NCBI GenBank assembly: GCA_024704765.1
Contig: JAKMXF010000055.1
Location: 380,353-444,352, forward strand
Source: Oopsacas minuta
Lineage: Eukaryota; Animalia; Porifera
Direction of reading: 5' to 3'
DNA: 64,000 nt
The notes under the pieces were generated by a model. That model made no database searches. It was given only the letters and a program-made list of their open reading frames with translations, and was not told where the DNA came from. Below, piece after piece: positions 36,980 to 48,960 of this stretch (within the stretch, counting starts at the first letter, position 1; every line of letters starts with the position of its first letter). A program made the position numbers and the translations under genes.

Positions 36980-38651
36980 CAAACAAAGATATTGTGATCA
37001 ACATGACAATGAAAATAATTTACAATCAGTTTCAATATTCTACACATAGAATTGGGAAAGTACACTAAACAAAGCATTGTCACTCAATTTCAATTGTCAC
37101 AACTGATGCCTAAATTACTCATCAAAACATAGCATTTCGCTTACATTGAATACAAACAAAGATATTGTGTTCAACTTTACAATGTAAATAATTCACATTC
37201 GGTTTCAGTATTCTACACATAGAATTGTGAAAGTACACTAAACAAAGTATTGTGACTCAAAATCAAATATCAGAACATAATACACAATATAAACTGCAAA
37301 TCATAGCATTTGACTCAGTTTGATTATTAACATATAACATCTTGTTAGTTAAACCATGTGAATTATTTACAATCAATTTCAATATTCTGCACATAGAATT
37401 GTGAAAGTACACCAAACAAAGTATTGTGACTCAAAATCAAATATCAGAACATAATACACAATATATACTGCAAATCATAGCATTTGACTCAGTTTGATTA
37501 TTAACAAATCACCTCTTGTCAGTTGAACCATGTGAATTATTTACAATCAGTTTCAATATTCTACACATAGAATTGTGAAAGTACACCAAACAAAGTATTG
37601 TGACTCAAAATCAAATATCAGAAGATAATACACAATATATACTGGAAATCATGGCATTTGACTCAGTTTGATCATTAACATATAACATCTTGATAGTTAA
37701 ACCATGTGAATTATTTACAATCAGTTTCAATATTCTACACATAGAATTGTGAAAGTACACCAAACAAAGTATTGTGACTCAAAATCAAATATCAGAACAT
37801 AATACACAATATAAACTGCAAATCATAGCATTTGACTCAGTTTGATTATTAACATATAACATCTTGTTAGTTAAACCATGTGAATTATTTACAATCAGTT
37901 TCAATATTCTGCACATAGAATTGTGAAAGTACACCAAACAAAGTATTGTGACTCAAAATCAAATATCAGAACATAATACACAATATATACTGCAAATCAT
38001 AGCATTTGACTCAGTTTGATTAGTAACAAATTACATCTTGTCAGTTGAACCATGTGAATTATTTACAATCAGTTTCAATATTCTGCACATAGAATTGTGA
38101 AAGTACACCAAACAAAGTATTGTGACTCAAAATCAAATATCAGAACATAATACACAATATATACTGCAAATCATAGCATTTGACTCAGTTTGATTATTAA
38201 CATATAACATCTTGTTAGTTAAACCATGTGAATTATTTACAATCAGTTTCAATATTCTACACATAGAATTGTGAAAGTACACCAAACAAAGTATTGTGAC
38301 TCAAAATCAAATATCAGAACATAATACACAATATAAACTGCAAATCATAGCATTTGACTCAGTTTGATTATTAACATATAACATCTTGTTAGTTAAACCA
38401 TGTGAATTATTTACAATCAGTTTCAATATTCTGCACATAGAATTGTGAAAGTACACCAAACAAAGTATTGTGACTCAATATCAAATATCAGAACATAATA
38501 CACAATATATAGTGCAAATCATAGCATTTCACTCAGTTTGATTATTAACAATTTACATCTTGTCAGCTGAACCATGTGAATTATTTACAATCAGTTTCAA
38601 TATTCTACACATAGAATTTGGCAAGTACACTAAACAAAGTATTGTGACTCA
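36980..38651 (+). repeat. 174-bp tandem satellite (about 9.5 units visible), ending in an assembly gap
   Basis: CACATAGAATT anchors at 37043, 37216, 37390, 37564, 37738, 37912, 38086, 38260, 38434 and 38608 (period 174). Confidence 0.98.
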
Positions 38652-38861
38652 NNNNNNNNNNNNNNNNNNNNNNNNNNNNNNNNNNNNNNNNNNNNNNNNN
38701 NNNNNNNNNNNNNNNNNNNNNNNNNNNNNNNNNNNNNNNNNNNNNNNNNNNNNNNNNNNNNNNNNNNNNNNNNNNNNNNNNNNNNNNNNNNNNNNNNNNN
38801 NNNNNNNNNNNNNNNNNNNNNNNNNNNNNNNNNNNNNNNNNNNNNNNNNNNNNNNNNNNNN
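38652..38861. other. Assembly gap (210 N)
   Basis: Run of N directly after the satellite. Confidence 1.
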
Positions 38862-40230
38862 TCAACATAGTAGTATTAAGGATATGCTTAGAATATAGAT
38901 AATACAATAAAACATAAAGATGGGACAGAACTTAAAACGCACCCTGTATGCATACAGTCATCTGGTATTTACTTCGAGAAACTATAAAAAAATAATCCAT
39001 TTCCTACTATTCTTTCATATAGATTCTAAAAACTTTTTGGACTACCCTCGTACAAAAGGAATATTAAGTCAGATTATCATGAATAAATTGTCTAAATTGG
39101 TTACTTCTTTTAAGATATAAATTATATAAATTAAGACATCAATTGTTTAACACCCTGTCGTTGGACCAAAATTCCCCCGATTAGAGATTCCGCATTATAT
39201 AGAATAAACTTACAGAGGTTGCACCAATACATGTAGTTTAGAGTGGTACAAAACAAATCAATTCTTCTTAAAATTCCTGCTTTTGGATCCAGGAAATTTT
39301 AAGGTGTTTTGATGTGCCCAGAGCACAAAAAATAAAGATTCAGGCGACATCCTGTGGTAACACAAGAATTTAATCATTTCATATGAGGAACAATACAAAT
39401 ATAGGAAGCTAGTGTACCCCCTGATAATTTATAATTTAATATCATTCGAAAATCTACATCTGGATTCAGTAGGGTATAGGGGGAACTAAGTTTCTGGGGT
39501 AATGTGGGCAAAAATTACTTCATGCCAGCCAATACCATAGTGTTATGGCGAAATCATATCTTGTTGGACATGTGCCCACCAAAAATGGCCATAATATCGT
39601 ATTCAATAGAGTCAAACCGAGTGGTTTCAGAATTTTATTGACCTCGAGGTCAAAAGCCCATAGATGGGTCAACCCGAATAAAAATGCTAGTTTTGATAAA
39701 TTAGAGCAAATATGCCACCCCAATCAAAAGACCCATGTAAACTGGATCATTCTTGATGTTGTTGACCCAAAATATACTGAGATGGTAAATAGAATTCATC
39801 CAACCGGCTAAGACAAATGTTGGAAAATAACATTGAAACAATGAATCTCCAAAATCCACAGTTATCACAGTTCTGATTCCTTCAAACGTGAGATCAATTC
39901 CCAAAGAAACATTGTAAGCTAAATCCGAAAACTAATTATGGATATTTCATTATACAAATCGACGGGTGAAGCAACTTCCCGTAGTGGTATTAATTACCTA
40001 GAGGAAATCACGAAATATTTGTAAATAACAGAGACTGTTAACAAAATAATAATATTTCGATCAAAACAAATCTCAACCTCACAAAAGATTTCCAAAACGG
40101 AGAATGATCAGAATTAGTTGTTAATTGTTGCGCCTGCCAAATAAATATCAAAACTCAAAAAATATTAACATATTGAGTGAGTGATAATATTTAAGATGTC
40201 TAGTTGTATTTACACTAAGTAATGTCTTAC

Positions 40231-40523
40231 CTTATACATGATCCATCCAATTAATTGCTTGTTGAATTGATCTCTATGAAGAAATTCCCCAATAATGATA
40301 TTCAAAGATTGGTTGCTAGGTAACAAATCTAAAAGCATCTGAACTAATATTTTTGCAATGTAGTGCGCGTCCTTTAGAGAATATTCTCGAATTATTCTTA
40401 GTAACAATGAAATTCTATCACGTGTTTGAGAAATTAGATCTATGTTGTGGGTCATAGGATCAACTTCTAACTCAGTCAAATTATCCAATTTGTTGATTCC
40501 GATTGCAATGTCGCCTTCCTCTC
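40231..40523 (-). CDS. HTT: Huntingtin-like exon (C-terminal HEAT region)
   Basis: DRISLLLRIIREYSLKDAHYIAKILVQMLLDLLPSNQSLNIIIGEFLHRDQFNKQLIGWIMYK aligns without gaps to human [63 protein letters not shown]. Acceptor cctttag|GA (phase 1), donor AAG|gtaaga. Confidence 0.88.
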
Positions 40524-41229
40524 CTAAAGGTCATAATTAGAATAATTACAGGACAAATTTTAGTAAGTCGAGGCGTTATTTGAAGGGGATAATAAAAATA
40601 GTAAAAGTAATAACGCTTCGCGATTGTTGATAAAGTCAATATCAAACGAGAAAAGAAATTCATTGGATATTATGAAACAGATCTAAACATTTACTTCTTT
40701 CGTTTGGATGTTCACAATAGGGTTAGATGAGGTATCCACCATAGCGTATTCCTCTGCTATACTCTAGCTAGATGCATAATTATCCAAGGGTTGGAACACA
40801 GAAAGTAATACTCGTAGTTTCAGAATGTTATAGGTAGAAGAGAAAGTCCAAACAAAATAGTCAAAATGGCATGTAACAATATTGTTGTTTGTGTGAATAG
40901 AGAGCAAACAAATTTAAAAATTATGGTAGAAACATGATTCAACGACTATATTGGGGTAATCGAGTATGCTGAACCTGATTATGGTATTGGAAACAACATA
41001 TAGTGCATATTTGAATATTTTCACTATAAAAGTAAACAAATTATCAATTCGTAGTAGATTCATACTTTCAAAGGCTATACTCGGCTAATCGAATATACTG
41101 AGTACAAATATGATATTACAAACAACATTTCATAAAAATTGGTTCACTTTTGGGAACATAAGGTAAACAGATTTAAATATGATGGCTGCATGATGTTTCC
41201 TACGGTTAAAATTAACAGTTTATGTACTC

Positions 41230-41310
41230 TACGACCGCAGGCGCGAGTGTGGACACGAAGTGTCCGCAACGCGCGAGCAAGCGAAGGGCGCTCGTTTATA
41301 TTATATACTA
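41230..41310. other. GC-rich islet with a GGACAC-GAA-GTGTCC hairpin; likely terminus of a non-autonomous element
   Basis: Stem 41251-41265 inside CG-rich text (gcgcgagtgt...cgcgcgagcaagcgaagggcg) in AT-rich surroundings. Confidence 0.5.
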
Positions 41311-44029
41311 CACCAATCTAAACTATATGAATTTTCATAGCGAAATGTGAAAATCTGATTGATGGCTCACTTAATATGTTTTAACGAGTATGCGCTAGTT
41401 TTCAGGTTCTACGGATAGTCTATCGATGCATATTTGTCGTGAAGTCTCTCAAGGTTTCTGTGAAATGCTTCATTACAACGTATGAATAATGGTTATTATA
41501 AGTTCACACGACCAATTCATTATAATAGTGGTGAATTGTCTTTAATAGGTTGAAAGTTTCACTGATTTTGTTATAATATAAACAATTTCATTCGACACTC
41601 AATTATTGCTGTTAGACGTTCCATAAATTCATGTTACACACAAAGGTAATTTGGCTGAGGCTAATCTACCATTGATCTCAGTAAGCTTGTTGGACAAGTC
41701 CTTAATTTTGTCAGGAAAAATTGGTACCCAAAAATATTTGACAAAGTAGTTATAATTTCAATACCCACTCCTTAATAGTGTCTAGGTCCTATATGTATAT
41801 ATGTTGCAAGATTTTACATAGGTCCCGATGAATTCTCACAAATTCTACCTTTGTTAACAGGTACATTTCATAGTATATCTCGCAGTGGCCTTTGTCTGCT
41901 TCTGTTTACATAAAACCCTTTCATTCTCACAAAATGTGAGAGTTGGTGTCTGTTTTAGCGTTAATGAAAGATAAGCAATGACAAAAGTAGGATCATTTGT
42001 ATCAAGGATATCTTTGGTAGTCTACTTTCGACAATAGGTGGGAAACTACTTGAGATCAAAGAACTCAAAAGATAAATATTTCAGTTCCTAGAATCTGTCA
42101 AAACAATATGTAGTAGTTCCTGTTTCACTTCGCTCAACTATTATAATTACAGTTTGGAAACAGTATATATCTATGAATCAGTCCAAATTTTCATTGAATT
42201 CTCAAGCATGATATTAATAACAATAGAATATGTGCAAATAAGATGAAACTCAATATTTTATAATAATTACAATTATTGAGGTAGGTTTCTGAAAATATAG
42301 AAACTATATACTACGAAATTATAAAAATTCTGATGATGAAAGTTGATCATGTAATCTTTATCTAGATCATCGAATAATTGAAACCTACACATGGCCAATC
42401 AAATGTCTATACAGAGGACAAACAAAGTTTAAAGCTAATCAGAGGATGTTGTCCAAATGACCAAGTGAGTGAACCTGGAAATCCCCTATAATAATAAGTC
42501 GTATCATAAAGGCGCTATCAGTTGTTTATGAATGTATAGAGTATATGATAGAATTGAAAAACTATTCATTTCGTATTACTTATTTCGAATATGTAATATT
42601 TCGGTGGATAATCTGAGGATTGTTGAATTCCGATGTTAGCCTGCATGTTAGAGTATCATAAATATCATTTAGTTTCAGATGTTAACTCCACTAAAAACAA
42701 GAATATAGACTCAGTAAATCTATAGCCAGTGCTCCCACTTAACCAAGTTGGGGGCCATATTCAGTCGACCTCATGGCAGGTTTGATCGGCTTAAAAATTT
42801 ATAATTGTGGGATACATCCTGCTGGAGAAAACGACACTTTTGAAACATATAATGGAGGAGAGAGCCTAAGTCGAAAGATTATATGCATCATGCTCTATGA
42901 ATCACTCATTCTAGTAAATTCCATTACATACTCTCTATTCATTCCACATCGTTGACCACCCTCGTTCGAGAAATAGTTTACAACGGTACACCTGCAGCCG
43001 TATTCACTAAGAATTTAAACAGTAAGTTCTAACTTAAGCATTATTCACTAAGAAATATGTTGGCACATAAGTTAGAAATTAACTAGGATAAGTTAGTTTG
43101 AACTTGAGCACAAACTTTTACTACTACCATGATCCATAAAACAAAGGTTGAGTTCGTTAATACTGACACCAACGGAAGGTAAAATTGTTCGCTTTATCCA
43201 AGTTAGTATTAACTATAGTAATAACAATTGGATAACCATTGTAGGGACTTGAATATTTGTAAATATTTGGTCTTCTCAAAGAATTCGTAACAACCTTGTA
43301 TGTATAACTGAGGTTGTGTTCTACAGTATAATAATGACATGAATTAATTGGAAATAGGCAGACATAATTATCTAGTATACCTTTGCATAATCGACAATTC
43401 TTACATAATTATTATGTTACGAATATTGAACAGATCAGAATTTACAGACATTCGGAGAGCCGGTTGGTCAAAACGGTTAGAGGGAACACTATCTATAGCC
43501 AATTAGGCGCTCAGTCCAACCCAGGAAGTAACTTCACTTTGTATCTCAAGAATATATTAACACAATAGACAGTAATGGGGGTAGGACAAATTTGGAGAAC
43601 TTGAGCACACCTTAATTTTAGAGATTCCTCCTAATCGAGCCCCTTTGGTTCAGGATTTATGAAAAGAGACAATATTTTGGAAAGTATCACTGAACAACTT
43701 GGTTTGTTAGTCAAGAAATATGTTTTCGGTAAAGGTACATGTATTTGGTAGAATTTAGCCAATAGGGCCTTAAGGATAAGTAAAATTTAATCACCTAATA
43801 CAACATACATAGTTACCTTATGTACTCAAATCAAAAAGTGTATTAAGTAAAATCATCAATAACAGATTGATGGACTGAATCCACACTTGTAGGATTTATT
43901 GGCAGCTCATTATATCATCTCAAATTGCAACAGGCAATTCAATTTCCCTAAGCAATCTATGATGGGTACAAATATAATGTAAAGCCACCATTGTTACAAC
44001 TAGTCGAAAAACATTTCAAGACTATAACA

Positions 44030-44700
44030 AAGTGAACCTCCAGTCTTGCAGAAGAGATCTCCATCTACCTTTCCAAAGGTCAATTGCGCATTCCATTGTT
44101 TTAGGGTTCTTCAGGAATGCACGGTTATATCTGGTCTTGAAAGTGTATCAGGAGACAGTATTGGAGTGAGAAAATTAGGACTTAAAAGATACCCCTATTT
44201 ACAAAAAACCATCCATTTACAAAAGGATTATCTCCGATTCTGATTAGTCCCTACATTTGTCAGAGAACTGCATCAAGTGTGTAGCCAAGTAATTTTGCAA
44301 GAATACTAGTGGATTCGAATTCGCTATTACAGATAGCTTGTATGTTCATCCAATGTGTATTCTTACGATCCATTAATACCTTCCTTAAGTGAAGGTGCAA
44401 AGATGGGTACATGAGTACCATCTATCCATCGTACCACCAATGTAAATCCACTCCTGTGTAAAATTCTTGTTGTTGTTGGATTTGCCTTAGCTGATTAGGA
44501 AATACCATACTTATAATATGTAGCCAAATTGGAAATTAGATGAGTGCATCGAGATACAGACAGTTAAGATATACCATGCTCATTTGCGATTACAATTTGA
44601 AAATAACCGATTGCCAAAAGCACTGCAAGTTGGGTGGTATTAGGTATTGATTGTGATCCTAGAGTGCTCCGATGAAGATAATGGACAATTTTATCTTTTA
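44030..44700 (-). pseudogene. PIF/Harbinger (HARBI1-like) transposase remnant
   Basis: GYFQIVIANEHGIS*LSVSRC, WIDGTHVPIFAPS, RKNTHWMNIQAICNS, GYLLSPNFLTP. Confidence 0.8.
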
Positions 44701-46195
44701 GCTACATAAACCATACATCACTTAGCTAAATGAATCAAAGAGCCTTCTAAGATGGGGGAAGCCCCTGGATTCAATGCTTTATAGAGATACTTTGCTTAAA
44801 CTTTTAGCATCCCCAAACGAAAATTACATGTTTGTAACTATACTAAAAGGTATCACAAATTATTGCAATCTCCCTATGAATTCCATTTTACGCCACTGAA
44901 TTGGGTTTACCCTAGACTAAAGTGTTTCAGCGTTTGGTTTAAAGGAATATGACTAAATAAATTTACTGTTTATAGTAAGATTATTGGATTTCATATGGAA
45001 TATCAAGAGATCACCACCAGCATGCACATATCTAGCTGCATCCAAAGTAGATTTCGATAATATTTATATATCTGTACGACTTATAATAAAGACTATTATC
45101 CAATACTTCATTCGGTATCTTGTTTCGCATTGTCAGTTACCTGGCATAATATTTGTCCCTCAAGCCGTGATCGCATTCATTTAGCAAGAAATTCTTGGAA
45201 AAGTCAGTATATGGCAGAAATGATTACGAATTTTCATTTGCAAAATATCTCAATCCCTCAAATACAAATTCAAATCCGCAATGTCCTGAAACATTAAATA
45301 TTGTTTGAGAATTGAAGCATTCTTAAGCTATATTTAGGAAAATATGGAAATTTTGTGACTTGGCAGGTACTAGTTCCAGTTTTTTGGAAAGCCTTTGGCA
45401 ATATTTGATTAGGCTAATTCGAGACACAAGAAGAGTATATGTCTGCCAGTCTCGAGCTACCTAGCATAATAGGAGGGCTAGCATCCAAAAGATTTGGGAC
45501 ATAATAGTATAGATGTACTATATACACAATTAAATATTTTACCATGAAATCTGGAAAAATTTTGACAACAATGCTCCCATAATTAGCAAAAGTCCATTTT
45601 GATGAGGAAACAAATATTAGAGGGCAGTAGATAATTGTAAAGGCTATCGAATAAGCTGCTAAATATGTTGCTCGAATTATGGAACTGCATTTCCAAATGT
45701 GGTGGGTTATGAATGATAGCCTTAACAATTCTCTATCGTCCTATACCCTTAGTTTCCTATCACTGACGTTTATAACCTTACAAATGTACCCAAGCAGAAC
45801 GAGTATATACTTTCTTTGAAACTTTCAAAAATTTCTTATCCTAAATCCTTGAAATTAGCCAAAATTGTTAGAAAAATGAAGGTTCCACCAATTTCCTTGA
45901 TCTATGTAAAATATACAGTGTATTCGCTGGTATCCGGGAGATTTCATGAACCCGTAAATTTCCAAAGGATACAATATTGAAGCCTATATTAGTTCCCATA
46001 TTCTTATGACGTTAATCTAGTCAAGTAAAGATAAGTCCAGGAAGGAACTGATAACAGCATAATAGCTAATCGAATTCTTCAGTTCACTAGTCTATTCACA
46101 TTGTTTCTAAACAAATATTAAGATGGGATATACTAGTTTCCACAATAATGTAAACAGATTGAGAAATTTAATCCAGTATATCAGGAAATTGATAA

Positions 46196-48485
46196 CACAG
46201 GTCAACGAAATTGAAATTCATTTTCTCATCAAGTATTAGATTGACATTTCCTAAGCTAGTTTTTTACGCCGAATTCAAATCTGCTTTTAGATTCTTTCCA
46301 GCACGTCCAGTTTTTTTCCATCTACAAGTCAACGATGTTTATGTATTTCCTAAATTTTTCCTGTTATTTTATGTTAGTGGCTGTATTTTGTCTTCTTACA
46401 TGATAGCCATCTGAAATAAATCAACGTTTCGATGTTCTAGATTAATGCCAAGATAATATCAGTTATTATCCTAGCTCTTAAGTATAATTATTCACATTCA
46501 TGCATGTATCAACTACTCACAAACTAAGGGGAAATACATATCCATCTAGAAGTATAAAGGTAGCTAAGTAAATTAAATGTTTTGAGAGTACAACTTCCTT
46601 TTATATATTTTGTTGGGATTATCTCTGAAGAGCCTCCAACAGTAGTCGGACATCATGCCCTCATTCCAGAAACCTTGGTATCGGGTTTCCATCTCCTGTA
46701 TGTCTTGGTGGAATCTCTCACCCTGTTCATCACTTACAGCACCAAGGTTCTCAGGGGAAAAATCAAGGTGAGAGTGCAAGAGGTGAAGTTTTAGCGACAT
46801 GCGACAGCCCATCTTCTCGTATGCGTTAAGCAAGGTTTCCACTCCTTCTCTGTAGTTGGACGACTTCTTGTTGCCCAAAAAGTTTTCACAAACCCATTTG
46901 AAAGAATTCCAAGCACTCATTTCTAATTCGGATAATGTCTTCTCGAAATCTGGATCTCTGAATACTTGTCTGATTTGTGCTCCTACAAATACTCCCTCTT
47001 TTAACTTGGCCCTCCCTTAGTTTCGGAAATTTGCCAACCAAATGCAGAAATCCTGCGGAATTTGATTTGTCCATTGTTTTAACGAATGTTTTCATTAATC
47101 CAAGTTTAATATGAAGTGGGGGTAAGAAAACTTTGTTTGGATCTACCAATGGCGAATGCTGTAAATATGTTTTCCCCACTTCATAGGTTCTCTTCGGCCA
47201 ATCACATTTTTTATAATGTTCACCAGTTGTTCGGCTGTCCCATAGACATAGGAAACAACAATACTATGTAAAACCTTGTTGTAACCCCATCAATAGCCCG
47301 ATTATCTTAAGATCACCGCAGATATTCCATTTATGTGTTCTATACTGTATTGCGTCCAAAACTTCCTGCAAATTGACGAAGGTTTCTTTCAGATAGACGG
47401 AGTGAGCAATTGGAACGCCAGGCTTTAGATTTCCGTTATGCAACAGAACAGCTTTCAAACTGCGTTTTGACGAGTCGATGAAAAGGCACCAATCAGAGGA
47501 AGAATGTTCTTGTAGTAGGTTTGCATAGAGTCCTTCGATATCATTACAATAGCACACTGGCCCATCAGTGGTGTAGTATTGAGTGAGATCGAAATTTCGC
47601 TTGCGATAGTGGGATACTAGGACATCCTTGTCGAGTAGGTTTTTCTGTTTGAGCCTGGATGCAAGGAGTTCAGCTTTGTCTTTAGATAAGTCTAGATCCC
47701 TGACCAGGTCATTCAATTCTCCCTGTGTAAATGTTTGTGGCTCTAGTAATTCATCTTCCGGGACATAATTAGCATCTGTAGACTCTGCATGAACATCTTC
47801 CACCATATCAAACCCGATTTTAATTTGCTGTGGCTTGACAATTGGGATTGGTAATGAGATGTCGTGTGGAATTGGCCTGCGAGCAGAATCCAAGTCTGGG
47901 TAAACAAGAGCGTGCTTATTCTTGGCTGAGAATCCTGTAATGTCGATAAGGCAAAAGTAACAATCATCAAGGTGATTTTTCTGTTCCCTCCAGACCATGG
48001 GTATTGCAAATGGCATTGAAACTTTCCTTTTGTTCAACCAATCACGTAGTCCACTTGAACAAGAAGTGCATATGACATGTGGTGCCCACGACTTGTCTTG
48101 GTCACCAAGTGGACATTCGAAGTACAATTTGTATATGTTCTTTAATTGATTTGTGATTGGTCGTCTTTGTGATTTTACGCAAAAAAGACCACAAACGTAA
48201 CAGAAATTGTTGGGATGAGTGCTACAATTACGATGCATGTGTATAATTTGATTTGCTTGAATTCAAACAAGTAAAGTCATTTATATTCCAGATAATTGAA
48301 TCAAAATAGGCATGCTCACATAGCAATTTAGTAACTAGGTAATACTATACTTTTGAAAAATGGATATTGGATTTCAGAATAACTAGACGTGCTAGAAAAT
48401 TCTGATTGCAGATTCGAGTTCAGCATTCAAAAGTATGCTAAGATAAATGTATGTGATCTCTGATGAGAAATCTTGTTGAGTTGTG
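46196..48485 (-). mobile_element. Chapaev3-like transposon, full length, inside an HTT intron
   Basis: Termini CACAGGTCAACGAAAT / ATCTTGTTGAGTTGTG. TAA TSD at 46193-95 and 48486-88. Confidence 0.9.
46573..48238 (-). pseudogene. Chapaev3-like transposase, near complete (one stop at 47264-66 and about one frameshift)
   Basis: MHRNCSTHPNNFCYVCG...ICTSC...WREQKNHLDDCYFC...LFIDSSKRSLKAVLLHNG...ICGDLK...PPLHIKLGLMK...GCRMSLKLHLLHSHLD..PENLGAVSDEQGERFHQD. Confidence 0.92.
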
Positions 48486-48628
48486 TAATCTGGTATAATG
48501 AGACAGAAAATTAATGAACAAAATCGTAAAAAAGTACAAGTAGATCTTTATTGAATCTATACATTCAGTAAAATATGTTATAGCGAAATCAATCCATGTC
48601 GTTAATTAACGAAAGAAGAATAACATAC

Positions 48629-48960
48629 CTGAGTACATGCATACAATAAGTAGCGACAAAGATGAAAGAAATATACCATAACTCATATTATTATCCAATA
48701 CTCTTAACGTTAACTTCATTATAGCAATTCTATCAATTTGTTGTAATGAAAATCCAAGTATTAAGCGCTCAAAAGTTTGAAGAATGTTAAGGAAAACACT
48801 CCAGTTACAAGAGTAGGAAGGTAGATCACAATAGTTAATCAATTGTGAAACAAATTGAGAGGAAAATTGTTGGTCTTTTTGCAAACCACAATTAAATTGT
48901 ATAAGTGAAATTCCAACAGATAAAACAACAAGGATATCGCGTTGATGCAAACCAAAATAC
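48629..48960 (-). CDS. HTT: Huntingtin-like exon preceding 40231-40523
   Basis: HQRDILVVLSVGISLIQF...QFSSQFVSQ...VFLNILQTFERLILGFSL...IMKLTLRVL...FLSSLSLLIVCMYSG aligns to human HSQQHVLVMCATAFYLIE...EFSASIIQ...IIYHCALRGLERLLL...LVKLSVDRV...MAALGLMLTCMYTG. Acceptor ttcttag|G, donor G|gtatgt. Phase 1 joins GA of the next exon to give Gly. Confidence 0.88.

Noticed and set aside
25845-38651. Regularly spaced repeats as a CRISPR array
   Set aside because: The units are contiguous tandem repeats without unique spacers, there are no cas genes, and the context is eukaryotic.
38560-38907. ORFs of 112 and 100 aa in the ORF track
   Set aside because: Artefacts of translating through the N gap.
39545-39811. 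88-aa + strand ORF as a Ulp1-like peptidase
   Set aside because: Only an HVNWIILDVV resemblance; the other catalytic motifs are absent.
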